DNA of 64,000 nt, from positions 35,960,001-36,024,000 of the forward strand of contig OX597839.1 of the NCBI GenBank assembly GCA_951406725.2, read 5' to 3'. Below the pieces are notes generated by a model. It made no database searches. It was not told where the DNA came from and saw only the letters and a program-made list of their open reading frames with translations. The stretch comes from Octopus vulgaris (taxonomy: Eukaryota). The position numbers and the translations under genes are program-made. Every line of letters starts with the position of its first letter. The stretch's first letter is position 1. This document shows positions 15,327 to 27,931 of this stretch, piece after piece.

Positions 15327-15620
15327 TTCAACATCATCTTCATCATCATCATCATCATCATCATCACCACCACCATTCTCGTTGTTATTATTATAAAAGA
15401 TGGTGGCTTGACAGAACCTCAAGCGTATCAGAGAAAATACCTTGTGGTGTTTCTTTTGCCACTTTACGCTCTGTGATTGAAACACGCCGAGTGCGGCTTT
15501 ATTTTTCATTCTTTAGGGATCGATAATAAAAAATAATGTACCCATCGAGTACTGGGTCAATGGTGTCAGCTAATCTGTCCCCTTCAAATTGCAAGTCTTG
15601 TGCCTAAATCAGAAACCAAC
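13131..15620 (+). repeat. Head-to-tail tandem array of SINE-B-type units separated by (CAT)n tracts
   Basis: SINE heads at 13230, 13642, 14003, 14420 and about 14751, each preceded by GTTATTGTTATAAAGGTT; further diverged SINE pieces to about 15620. Confidence 0.92.
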
Positions 15621-15950
15621 AAAACCATAAAACCGTTTGGGATGCACTAAATCGGGGTCTGTGCATTGTTGTTTTGGGGAGATGTGTCAGAAACAGCTGA
15701 TGTTGTGTGTAGACCATCCATTGTTCCTTTGCACCCACCCTAAGGATGGTCCCACTAACTCTTTTGGACAGTTTTCTTTGGCATGGGGGTCATGGCCGGA
15801 TAGTTTGTATGATATACAGGATTGAAAGGAAACTGTTCCCTCTTCAGTCAAGCCCTCGTCCATTTAGAAAGACAGAGATGGAAAAATGAATTTATTAAAA
15901 TGTAAGAGAGGAAAGAATGGCTTGCATTGGTGAGTCCACTTTAGGTATGT

Positions 15951-16183
15951 TATTTCTTTATTGCCCACAAGGGGCTAAACATAGAGAGGACAAACAAGGA
16001 CAGACAAAGGGATTAAGTCGATTACATCGATCCCCAGTGCGTAACTGATACTTAATTTATCGACCCCGAAAGGACGAAAGGTAAAGTCGACCTTGGTGGA
16101 ATTTGAACTCAGAATGTAACGGCGGACAAAATAGTGCTAAGCATTTTGCCCGGCGTGCTAACGTTTCTGCCAGCTCACCGTCT
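15951..16183 (-). mobile_element. SINE family B with target-site duplication
   Basis: Family-B match; ACTTTAGGTATGT on the left and ACTTTAAGTATGT on the right (a few extra nt at the head side). Confidence 0.9.
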
Positions 16184-16743
16184 TATCTACTTTAAGTATG
16201 TGTTTACAGGACAGATAACAAACCTGGAGAAAGCTGCAGTAACTAGTGTATTCTTGCCTCTGTGGGTTTCATTGGTGGACCCAAGATCTCTCTTCTAGGG
16301 ACTTTCAGCAGTTTATCTGATTTCTGCGAAAGCAAAACTGAAGCAAGGATTCACATCTGAATACAAGGGACAGAACATCTAATGAATTGCTGGAAGCAGC
16401 AGGTTGAGATTGGAGGAGAAATATTGGATGTCATTGTCCTCAATATGCAGTGTCAGAATATCAGACATGTTAGCCACATCGGGAACGGCATTGACCAGCG
16501 ATCTAATGGGCAGGTCTTTCTTGAATTCAAAACAGTAAGAACTATATTTTCAAGCACCGAAATCGATATTCGCTTAGCTGTGTCAATAAAGATACGCACA
16601 CACACACACACATACACACACACACACACACATACACACATACACACAATAACACACACACTTAAAGTACATATATAACGTAAATAAAAGTTTAGCACAA
16701 TTTTATATGCATACACAGTCAAATATTCGCCCCTATTCAAAAT

Positions 16744-16802
<59 letters not shown>

Positions 16803-16826
16803 TTACACATAAGTATACGTGTGTTT

Positions 16827-16911
<85 letters not shown>

Positions 16912-17013
16912 GGTGTGTGTGTGTGTATAGAAAATTTATATGTAAGTATACATGTCAGTGTGTATTTATTTATGCAAATATCTCAATCTCTTTCTCTCTT
17001 TCTCCTTCTACAT

Positions 17014-17066
<53 letters not shown>

Positions 17067-17282
17067 TAGATACATACATACATACATACATAGATATACA
17101 CATACACTCACATACACACACAAACACGCATGCGTATGTACACTTATTTGCCATGCATATTGCCATCTACCAACATCTGTACATGTATTTCACTCCAAAC
17201 CAATCCCTTACTTAAGCATAAACACATCTCTCTTTCCCTCTCTCACTCTCTCTCTTTCACTCTCTCTCTCTCTCTTTCTCTT

Positions 17283-17331
<49 letters not shown>

Positions 17332-17613
17332 TGCATACACGCACACACACATACACACAGATGCATACACGCACACACACACACACACACAGATGCATAC
17401 ACGCACACACACATACACACACACACACACACACACAGATGCATACACGCATACACACACATATATACTTGCCGCTCTATACGCCCACCAGTCTCTCCAC
17501 TTCAACATCAATAATTTTTCCTAGTATCTCCTGCGGATGTCTGCCGTTCAAATCGATTATATCGGTCGTTTCTATAGCAACAGCAATCGTATTATGTGTC
17601 TTCGTATACATCT

Positions 17614-17650
<37 letters not shown>

Positions 17651-17922
17651 TTACACGCTTACATTTATACATATATATACACTCACACAACACTGCTTGG
17701 ATGAGCATTTTGATGTACAGGTTGTCTCACCTGAACTGACGTACATGCATTACGCTATATACATATATAGACATACATATATACATATATGCATACATAT
17801 ACACATATATACATACATGTATGCATACATACATACATACAGACAGACAGAAAGACAGACATAGATGCATGCATATATACATACATGCGTGTGTAGAGAG
17901 CAAAATCGATAGGTAGATAGAT

Positions 17923-18140
17923 ACTCTTCTTACTCTTTTACTTGTTTCAGTCATTTGACTGTGGCCATGCTGCAGCAGCGCCTTTTAATCGAGCAAATCG
18001 ACCCCAGGACTTATTCTTTTGTAAGCCTAGTACTTATTCTATCGGTTTTCTTTTGCCGAACCGCTAAGTTACGGTGACGTAAACACACCAGCATCGGTTG
18101 TCAAGTGAGGTTGAGGAGACAAACACAGACGCACAAACAA

Positions 18141-18179
<39 letters not shown>

Positions 18180-18351
18180 AACATATATACGACGGGCTTC
18201 TTTCAGTTTCCGTCTAACAAATCCACTCACAAAGGTTTGTTCGGTCCGAGACACTTGCCCGTGACACTTGCCTAAGGTGCTAAGCAGTGGGACTGAACCC
18301 AGAACGGTGTGATTGGTAAGCAAACTACATGCCACACAGCCATTCCTGCGC
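17923..18351 (-). mobile_element. SINE family A, full length
   Basis: Colinear with family A. Confidence 0.9.
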
Positions 18352-18352
18352 T

Positions 18353-18423
<71 letters not shown>

Positions 18424-18679
18424 TGATGTTGATATTGATATATCGCTATATATATATACTCTTCAGAACGAGGAGTCAGTCGAGTACAGAGCTGTAAAAA
18501 TAAAATGAGATGACAAAGGAATAAGCAGATCCGTTATGAACTTCATTGGCTTATAACTGTTTCTGCTAAAACATGCAATGCAGCCATAAGTTGAATGCTT
18601 GAGTATTACCTTGTAGCTTCACTGGGACTACAAAAATGACGTGCACTTCATTTTTCGAATTTTGGCATTTCGGGGGAAG

Positions 18680-19095
18680 TAAGTTGTTTACATTAGCTCC
18701 AGTGCTCAACTAGTACTTATTTTATTGACCCCCAAAATGTTGTACGGAATGGTCGACGCTGGCAGAATTTGAACTCAGAACGTAAAAACAGACAAAATGT
18801 CGCCAAGCATTTTGCCCATAGTGCTAACGATTCTTCCAGCGTGCTGACTTGAATGACTGTGTAATATTACAACATATTATATGCAATTCGTGTTCATCTC
18901 ATCAGTCAAAGAAATTATCCTTTAAATTTCAGTTTGTATACTCTTTTACTCTTTTACTCTTTTACTTGTTTCAGTCATTTGACTGCGGCCATGCTGGAGC
19001 ACCGCCTTTAGTCGAGCTATCGACCCCGGGACTTATTCTTTGTAAGCACAGTACTTATTCTATCGGTCTCTTTTGCCGAACCGCTAAGTGACGGA
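18680..19095 (-). mobile_element. Diverged SINE-B (about 18680-18845) and 3' part of SINE-A (about 18940-19095)
   Basis: Matches to both families. Confidence 0.8.
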
Positions 19096-20834
19096 ACAGT
19101 TTCCTTTAAAGAAAACTGTCCACTTCTCCATACTCTGTTAGACGGTATATATATATACAGATCGGGTTTCTAAACCCCCTTTCATTCACTATGCGTGCAT
19201 ACGCGCACGCACACACACAAACACAAACATACATACATGTATACACCAATGCAAGCACACACACATGCAGATACGTGTGATTTTCTTTTATTTCCCACAA
19301 AGGGACAACATAGATAAGGGATAATACAATCTGATTGGGGTCAGATGGACTGATAGATATAACATAAAGATGACATTAAAAATTCACAAAAATATAAATA
19401 AATCGAATGATAGGACAGACCGGAAGACATTACGGATGGAGTGGGAAGGCGGGTTCAATTCGGACCCCACGGGCCCCCGCCTCGCCACTAATACCTGAGA
19501 TATGTTTGCATATTCATATTTGTTACAGCCATTTTCTGTCGAACGTGGAAAGACCTTTCGCTGCAGAAACATTCTTGGAGAAAAAATTCTCTCCAAAGAC
19601 AATATTTGTGAGAACACCTCATTAGGCAACGAACGGCATTATCGGACTGTAGGACGCATGCGTTTCTACTTCGTTACGAACACAGAATCAGTTGTTCATA
19701 TCTCTCAAAGACTGGTTGCTCTTTTACATCAAAGCAGCAAATAGTTCGTATATATATATGCGTGCCCGTTTATTGTAATTCACGGAAGAAAGCTGTTCGA
19801 TTCCGGAAGCACAGTATAAAACTTGTAGTTTCAGCCATTTTGGTTCTGCTTGACCGAATTGATTACGTGTATTTGTGTGTTCTTTTATGTACGTATGTGT
19901 GTCTAAATGTGTATGTTTATATGTATAAGCGTGTGAGTGTGTTTATATGTATGTGTATGTATGTGAGTATGTGTGTATGTGTGTGTGTGTGTTTGTGCAA
20001 ATGCATGTATGCGTGTGTATTCGTATCTGTGGTATTTGTGTGTTTTATGTGTTCACGTGATCTGTAAATACGATTGAAGGGAGAGATTGTTAAGGAACTT
20101 GCTGACAGATTAGAAGGGAAATGGAAAGAAAAGTAGAAAATTGAATGGGGTGCATGATGAAAAGACAGGGAAATAAAGAATGGGGTGATGAGGGGAATCT
20201 ATGAAATTGCATCGTAGTGGCGACGATGGTGGAGGGGAATGAGATTGGAGAATAAATAGAAGGTAAGATCTATAGATTGGATGAAAGTAATTTCAAGGTG
20301 TTAGATAAGAAAGAGGGTAGGAAGAGGAAAGGGTAGAAAGAAGAATGGGGGAAGAAATGAAGAAAGATGGGGCAGAGAAAGAGGAAAAAGAGAGAGAAGG
20401 TAAAGTGAGAGAGCGGGAAGAGATGAAAGATGGGGGTATAAAAGGGTAAGAGAAAAGAGAGAGGACGGACGAATGGAAAGAAAGAAGGAAGGAAAGAAGA
20501 GGTGGAGAAAAGATTTACATGAATCGAAGACAATACTACGAATAAAAAGAAATGAGGGGTGGGGAGATAGAGAGAAAATGGCGAGGAGGAAAGGAAATAG
20601 AACTGAGAGAGTAAGAGAGAGGAGACAATAGGAAGAGGGATAGGGAGAGAGATATTGAGAGAGAAAGAGAGAGTATTTCTTTATTCACCATAAGGTTGAG
20701 AAAAAGAGGGGACAAAACAAAAAGAGAGAAAGAGAGAGAGGGAGAAAGACAGATAGATATATATATAGAAAGATACTTTGTGTGTGTGTGTGCATGAGAG
20801 AAAGAGAGAGTACGTGTGTGTGTGTGTGTGTGAC

Positions 20835-20865
<31 letters not shown>

Positions 20866-21680
20866 GTGTGAGAGCACGTGTATCTGTGTGAGTGTGTGTG
20901 TGAGAGAGAGAAAGAGAGACAGACAGACAGACAGACAGAGAAAGGGAAACAAAGAAGGAGATAGTAAGATAGATAGAGCGAGAGAGTGAGAAAGATAGAA
21001 ACGTTGATCATTCAAGTTTAATCTCTCAGGCTCAACTGTTGCTACAGGCAACCGAAGTCCTGCTTGTCGATTGGTTAAATTATGAAACATTACTCTCTCT
21101 TTCTCTCTCTCTCTCTCTCATTGTACAATGTTCAAAGCCAGTTAAGATACGACCATGTCTAACGGTCAACTCAATATAATATAAAATATATTTCCATGTT
21201 GACGTGGACACCAACAGTTGATGGTGTTTCTTATTGTTTGTACTTTTATATCTCAGTTTTGTTCAATAGCGGCTGCAACGTTCGGTTACGGGTCGTCTGC
21301 GGACTTTGTTCCTGGTTCATTGCATTTCTGATGACGGGACAGGCCGACAAGTGATTATCTGTGCAATTTGGTGCGGAACAAATATCACACGGGAAAGCTT
21401 TTGTACGAAAATATCGGGTAATTTTGTGGTTTTTGTGCTGCTTTTTTTAAATTTCTTTTGTTCTTTTCCGTGTTTTTTTTTTATCTGACAGTTTACATCT
21501 TCAACGATACACAACGACCAGATGTGTATCAATGAACACGCAAATGAGACATATATACATTAACACGTGTATATGTGTGTTTATGTATGTGTATGTATGT
21601 ATGTATTTATGCATATGTATATGTAAATATACATACACCCAATGTGTAAATATACATACACACATATAAGTGTATATATA

Positions 21681-22497
21681 CAGGATGCGGTGAATGAATT
21701 GTCATCTCATTTTAACTGTTATATTTACCAAAATTACACAAAAATATCTTGAAATACTAAAGAGTAAATTTAGTCAATAAAATCGCCATTGGCTTCAGCT
21801 ACGGTCTCCAAACGACTTCGAAATCTCCTGTAACTCTTCTAGATGGTCTCTTTAAAGTTGCCATAATTCTTGCCCTCGATTCATCTTTGGTTGTTACAAG
21901 GAGTTTTGTTGGTCTCTCACTCGACTGCGCCCCACACATAATAATTTAGAGGGTTGCAGTCTGGGGAGTTAGGTGGCCAGATATTAGGGCTGATGTGGTC
22001 GTACAAATTGTCTGACAGCCACGACTGGGTTCTCCTGCTTGTGTGACATGGTGCAAAGTCCTGTTGCCAGACATAGGGTCTTCCAGCAGCCACCCTCTTG
22101 ACGCAGGGTAACACTACTTCCTCCAGGCACTTGATGTAGGCCTCCCCGTATTGAGTCTGAGGCTGTGTGGGAAGATGAATGGAGGTATAATATTGCCATC
22201 ACTAGTGATCACTCCAAGCACCATGATGTTGACTGGATGTTTGATTTTTATCACTCACGGTACATGTTCTCAGATTGCATTGTCCTCAGATTGGCACCCA
22301 AACATTCTGAAATGTTCATACTGGAGGTTCCGGCGTGAATGCCAAGCAGTACAGCATATCGTTTCCAAATTTCTGGCAGAGTGAATTGGGTCATGGTCCT
22401 GCTTTTCTCATAGACGGTGCCCAACTGACCCTACTATACTGTGTAGTCGACAAAACAAAAACAAAAATGCGCATGCGCGAAATTAAAAATACAAAAT
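21681..22497 (-). mobile_element. Internally deleted Tc1/mariner DNA transposon, DD37D (maT/mori-type) transposase remnant
   Basis: Minus-strand translation gives ...IKHPVNIMVLGVITSDG...YVWQQDFAPCHT...WPPNSPDCNPLNYYVWGAVE, with 37 residues between the second D and the third acidic position (here D>N); frameshifts and stops; TA-CAGGATG terminus at 21681; other terminus not recognised. Confidence 0.9.
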
Positions 22498-23010
22498 GTG
22501 TGTGTGCGTATGTCTGTGTGTATCTACTATAATAATACTCTTGTATTTTTCTCCGTCACAACATATGAATAAGAAAGGAAGGGGTGATAGGTGAATAAGG
22601 AAGGAAGAGGTAATGGCAAACTGGTGAATATGTGTGTGCGTGTACAAGGGAAGTGTGTCAATGTTTTTGTGAACCAGCGTTCTTTCAGTAACAAACGATG
22701 ATCGATGTCACATCTCAAAAGACCACCACTAGATAACATTTAATTTGATTTACCATCCATATTTTTATATAAAATACTACAATTAACCGCCATTTTTGAC
22801 AGCATGGGGCCGACTGGTATATATTAATAAGAAAGAGAAAAGAAAGTTATATAACCAGTTTTTTTTCTGCAGTCAATCACGTCTTTCCACTTCTGCACCT
22901 ACACAGGTTTCTGATGCTACTGGAATTTTTCTACGTTGACGGAGGTTAAGCCAGCATTACTAACCGGTAAAAGTGAACACGGTACCCGCATTTGAAATTT
23001 GCCTTTATAT

Positions 23011-23058
<48 letters not shown>

Positions 23059-23091
23059 ATATATATATACGTGTGTGTGTGTATGTGTGTG

Positions 23092-23330
23092 GCTTGCTTA
23101 CCAAACACATGATTCCGGGTTCAGTTCCACTGCGTGGCACCTTAGGCAAGTGGTTTCGACTATAGCCTCGGGCCGACCAAAGCCTTGTGAGTGGATTTGG
23201 TAGACGGATACCAAATTCACTGACTAGGCATTGGTCAGCCTGAGACTACAGTAGAAGACACTTGCTCATGGAGTCGCGCAGTGGAAGAGAACTCGAAACC
23301 ACGTGTTGACAACGCTAACTTCTTAAATAC
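23092..23330. mobile_element. Two SINE-A head fragments in opposite orientation
   Basis: Plus fragment about 23092-23210 abuts a minus fragment about 23211-23330. Confidence 0.75.
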
Positions 23331-23361
23331 ACAACTTGCAACCGCAATAGGGCTTTGTTCA

Positions 23362-23516
23362 CAGACAAGGAACGATTGTGAACGTATGTTTCGGTTTATA
23401 TTTATCTCGTCAGTATAGTACAGTCTAACCGAGTCAGCAGATTTAGTGGATTGGCTGTGCTATTCTGACGAGGTAACGTTCAAATGAAACATTTGTCCAT
23501 AGTTGTTTCTTACCTG
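23362..23516 (+). other. Imperfect 69-bp inverted repeat with a hammerhead-like core (CTGACGAG...GAAAC) in each arm
   Basis: Arms 23362-23430 and 23448-23516 align without gaps at 48/69 positions. Confidence 0.6.
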
Positions 23517-24454
23517 ACTTTACGATCAGCCAACTCGAAGAAGAGACAAGAAAGACTCATCTGAGCATTATAACGAGTGTTTGCACTGTATCTCAGTATA
23601 AAGTAGGCTTTTACCTATTGTTTATAAAAATTCAAGAGTACACACGTGAATGTGTATCTGTGTTAGTGTGTGTGCGTGTTTTAATAATTACGTATGCGTA
23701 TTTAAGAGTGATGTTCGCCAAACGCTTTTCAAACAGATCGATGTATGTGCGTTATCGTGTGTATGTGTGTGCGTGCGTTTGTCTATGTATGTGTGCATTT
23801 GTGTGTGTGTTTTAAGCCTATGTGTGTGTGTAAATGTGCATGTATATGTGCGCGTGTATGTGCGTTTATGCGTGCGTGTGTGTGTGTATGTATGTTATGT
23901 GTAGTTCGCTGATTTCAGAGAACCAATTTATTTTCCAATGGCGACTGAAAAGATTGTGGGTGGAGGTAGGTAGCGGAAGTAAATGCTCGGGAGAGGTAAG
24001 AGGGGGAGAGGAGAAGAGAGCGTGTTGTTGATGATGTTGGTGGTAGTGGTGGTGATGGGGACGAAGTTGCGAAGAAAGAAAGAGTTGTAGTTGGAGGAAA
24101 CGACGGCGCAACAGTAACGTCCATTGTTTCTCTTCTGACTCGGGATCAATGGGTCTCTTGCCGTAAATGGAACTCTCTCATTTCCACCACTCCTACCACC
24201 ACCATCGCTTACCTACCACTACTACTGCAACTACCAGTGGCATAGATAAGCTACTCCTCCCTTTCCTCCGTCAATATCGACAGCAACAGCAAGTAACGTT
24301 CAACACTGCACCATCGTAAGACGACGAAGCGTTACTGTGCCACGAACTAGCTTCCTCATCGTCGCCGTCACTGCTGACACGGCAGCGTTGCTCCGCCGCC
24401 GCCGTCGCCATTGTAATATTAAGCCAATCATCTTCTAACAACAAAGAAACCATA

Positions 24455-24522
<68 letters not shown>

Positions 24523-24617
24523 ATTGCTTGAGTGAGTGTATGTGTGTGTGTGTGTGCGCGTCTCTATGTAATTGCAGTGTGTTTGTGTGTATAAATACGG
24601 GTGTGTGTACGTGTGTG

Positions 24618-24860
24618 TGTGTATAAGTGCCTGTGTGTGTGTGTGTGTAAGTGCCAGTGTGTGTGTGTAAGTGCCTGTGTGTGTGTGTGTGTGTGTAAGT
24701 GCCAGTGTGTGTGTGTGTGTGTAAGTGCCAGTGTGTGTGTGTGTGTGTAAGTGCCAGTGTGTGTGTGTGTGTGTAAGTGCCTGTGTTTGTGTGTGTAAGT
24801 GCCAGTGTGTGTGTGTGTGTGTAAGTGCCAGTGTGTGTGTGTATATAAGTGCCAATGTGT
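24618..24860. repeat. Compound minisatellite [(GT)n-AAGTGCC(A/T)] about 10 units
   Basis: Direct reading. Confidence 0.9.
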
Positions 24861-25728
24861 GTGTATGCGTCTGTACAGTAAGCATCGGTTGTCAGTCGGC
24901 CATTGTTGCCAGCTTTGCATCGCGAAGCATTGTGGGACATTTTAGAAGATTAAAGTGGATGGGCGGCCATTAGTGAAGGAGAAGTGGGAGAGAGGGGAAA
25001 GCGAGGGAGGGAGGGAGGGAGGAAAGAATTCAACGCATTGAAGAAAGACAATAACGCTTTCCACTCAGCAAACATTTCTCTATTTCGGGAGCAGTTTTTT
25101 GTTTCGAATTGAAAGAAACGCATTTCATTTTAATAACAAAAGGACAACAAAGGTGAACCAAGAGAGATATACATAGAGTTAGACAAGAGAATGCGAGAGT
25201 AGGAGAGAAGTAGGGGGGAGGAAATGGAGAAACATAAGAGGCAATGTGGAAGAGATGGGGGTTGATTGAGAGCGACTGCACGGACAAGAAATGAGGAAGA
25301 ACGATGGAGAGAGAGCAATCAATCGATCGTAGATCGATCGATAAATAGATAGATAGGTAGATTGATTGATTGATAGATACTAGGAAATTAGCGGAAATAT
25401 TTTTTTCTATAACTAAAAATCAACAAGTGCAATATATATGCGTGTGTATTATTATATTATGAATAAATATATATATATATATATGCATATATGTATAGTT
25501 ATGCTTATATATGTATATATATATATATATATATACACATATTCATATACATACATTACACACACACGTACACACATATATATATACCTATATCTATGCA
25601 TACATAACATACGTATATATATACATATATGTATGTATACCTATATAGCTATATACATATTCATAGACATACATGTACATATATACACTCATATATATAT
25701 GTATGCATACATAATAGATATAGATATG

Positions 25729-25759
<31 letters not shown>

Positions 25760-25828
25760 ATGTATATATAAACAAAGGCTATGGAAAGTACAAGAATGAA
25801 CCAAATAATGATGTTTTTCAGTGGATAT

Positions 25829-25873
25829 GTTGCCATGACAACTGATTGAGGAAGTGATTGACGTGTTTCGCGC
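25829..25873. promoter_or_regulatory. Candidate cis-regulatory cluster: RFX X-box, ETS, CRE half-site, E2F
   Basis: GTTGCCATGACAAC 25829-25842, GGAAGT 25850-25855, TGACGT 25859-25864, TTTCGCGC 25866-25873 in non-repetitive sequence. Confidence 0.4.
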
Positions 25874-26237
25874 TGGCATAGAGAATTGGTTGAAGTTTGT
25901 GGCGGTGGCGGCGGCGGAGACAGTGGGGACAGCGCAGTCTGTCTGTTTGTCAGGTGGAGAGAGAAAAAAAAGACATGTTTACTTGGTGGGTAAGGATGAA
26001 GGAACAGTGGGGAAACGAGCATTCTGGAAGAAGCCCTGCTACACCAGGAAACTTTCGACCCCCTCCTCGTAAATAATGTCAGATGATGATAAAATGGTGG
26101 TGATGGTGGAGGTGACGGCCACGGCAGCAGCAGTAGTACTAGTAGTAGTAGTAGTTGTTGTGATGGTGGTGATGATAGTTGTGGTAGTAGTAGTAACAGC
26201 AATGGTAATAATAGAGGCGATGGTTTTGATAGTGGTG

Positions 26238-26422
<185 letters not shown>

Positions 26423-26729
26423 CAGATGGTGGTGGTGTTGGCATTTACGATGGCGACTTCTATGCAAACACCAACACCAATCGGTAGAAAAAACATTCAT
26501 GATACAAAAAAAAATATGGAATAAATTTATATACTATTACTTACTCCCTGGGGATTTATACATTTCAACCTTATTTATTTATTCCGAACCATCATGGCGA
26601 CTTCAAAACTCGTAGGACATATACAACTCTCGCGTGGAGTAAAAGCAAATACGCTTGGATATTTAGTTGGTTAGTTGGTTTGTAGTGTTATTTCCCCAGT
26701 CACGCTTTACATTGTAAAGAGAGAGCAGC

Positions 26730-27610
26730 AAAATTCTATGTTAATTTATGTTTTAAAACACCAGCTTAATGACAGCAAAGTAATTTTACTAAATTCGTTG
26801 TCTCAAATCAAAATGAAACAAAAGCTCTCTATTTCAATAGAAATATGATGAAAGGATTTAAAATGCTCCAAATTAAAACCCTCCATCAAAATTTCACGTC
26901 AATTTATGATATTTTACGAATTTCTTCATTACTTTCCATTTTAATTGAAACATAGGCAGGAGTAGTGGCTGTGTGGTAAGTAGCTTGTTTACCAACCACA
27001 TGGTTCCGGGTTCAGTCCCACTTCGTGGCACCTTGGGCAAGTGTCTTCTACTATAGACTCGGGCCGACCAACGCCTTGTGAGTGGATTTGGTAGTTGGAA
27101 ACTGAAAGAAGCCCGTCGTATATATGTATATATATATATATGCGTGTGTGTGTTTATGTGTCTGTGTTAGTCCCCCTAGCATTGCTTGACAACCGATGCT
27201 GGTGTGTTTATGTCCCCGTTACTTAGCGGTTCGGCAAAATGGACCGATAGAATAAGTACTGGGCTTACAAAAGAATAAGTCCCGGGGTCGAGTTGCTCGA
27301 TTAAAGGCGGTGCTCCAGCATGGCCACTGTCAAATGACTGAAACAAGTAAAAGAGTAAAAGAGAGAGAGTGTATTTCAGCAGAAGAAATATGGTAGCAAA
27401 AGTTTTAGAGTGACCTAAAAACCTTTCATCAAAATTTCATATTAATTCAGGATCCTAAACATCATCTTAATATCGACAGTTTTTTAAATCAAATTCTTCC
27501 TTATTTTCAAAATAAATTGAAACAAAGCCAATGTATTTCATAGAAATGTAGAAACAAAAGCATTAAAGTGATCTAAATTAGAACTTCCCACCAAAAACTT
27601 AATTTATATT
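26730..27610 (+). repeat. Degenerate tandem copies of an AT-rich MITE-like unit (…TGAAACAAAGGCAGTGTATTTCA…GAAATATG…), one interrupted by a SINE
   Basis: Motif recurs near 26810-26850, 26940/27370-27405 and 27515-27565. Confidence 0.55.
26955..27369 (+). mobile_element. SINE family A, full length
   Basis: Colinear with family A, low divergence. Confidence 0.93.
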
Positions 27611-27725
27611 CCGACGCACCATCGCCTTTGACATTTGGGAATCTTACTGCAGCCATTTAGAACAATGAGTCGTTTGTACCCCACAATACATATTTACAGC
27701 CAAGCCATATCACTACGACAATTGG

Positions 27726-27756
<31 letters not shown>

Positions 27757-27864
27757 GGTGGGAGGGAGGTGTCGCTGTGGTGGTCACATTTAAGTTTACA
27801 TGTCGGGTGGATTAAACTATTTTGCTGTGAGGAAAAGGAAATTTACGTTGTTTCAGACATAAAC

Positions 27865-27931
27865 ATCAGGTGGTGCTATTAAGTTAGACATGGCCTGGAC
27901 CAATCTTTGGTCGAAACATATCTAAGTTTAT
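27865..27931 (+). repeat. 67-bp segment also present at 44869-44935 (unclassified repeat)
   Basis: The two copies differ at one position (CATGGCC vs CAGGGCC). Confidence 0.85.

Noticed and set aside
16380-16578. Coding-looking minus frame (FEFKKDLPIRSLVNAVPDV...) as another amidohydrolase exon
   Set aside because: No family motif and no strong in-phase acceptor; may be a decayed repeat.
21328-21350. CTGATGA hits here and at 31327 as hammerheads
   Set aside because: No properly placed GAAA (21328) or no stem II (31327).
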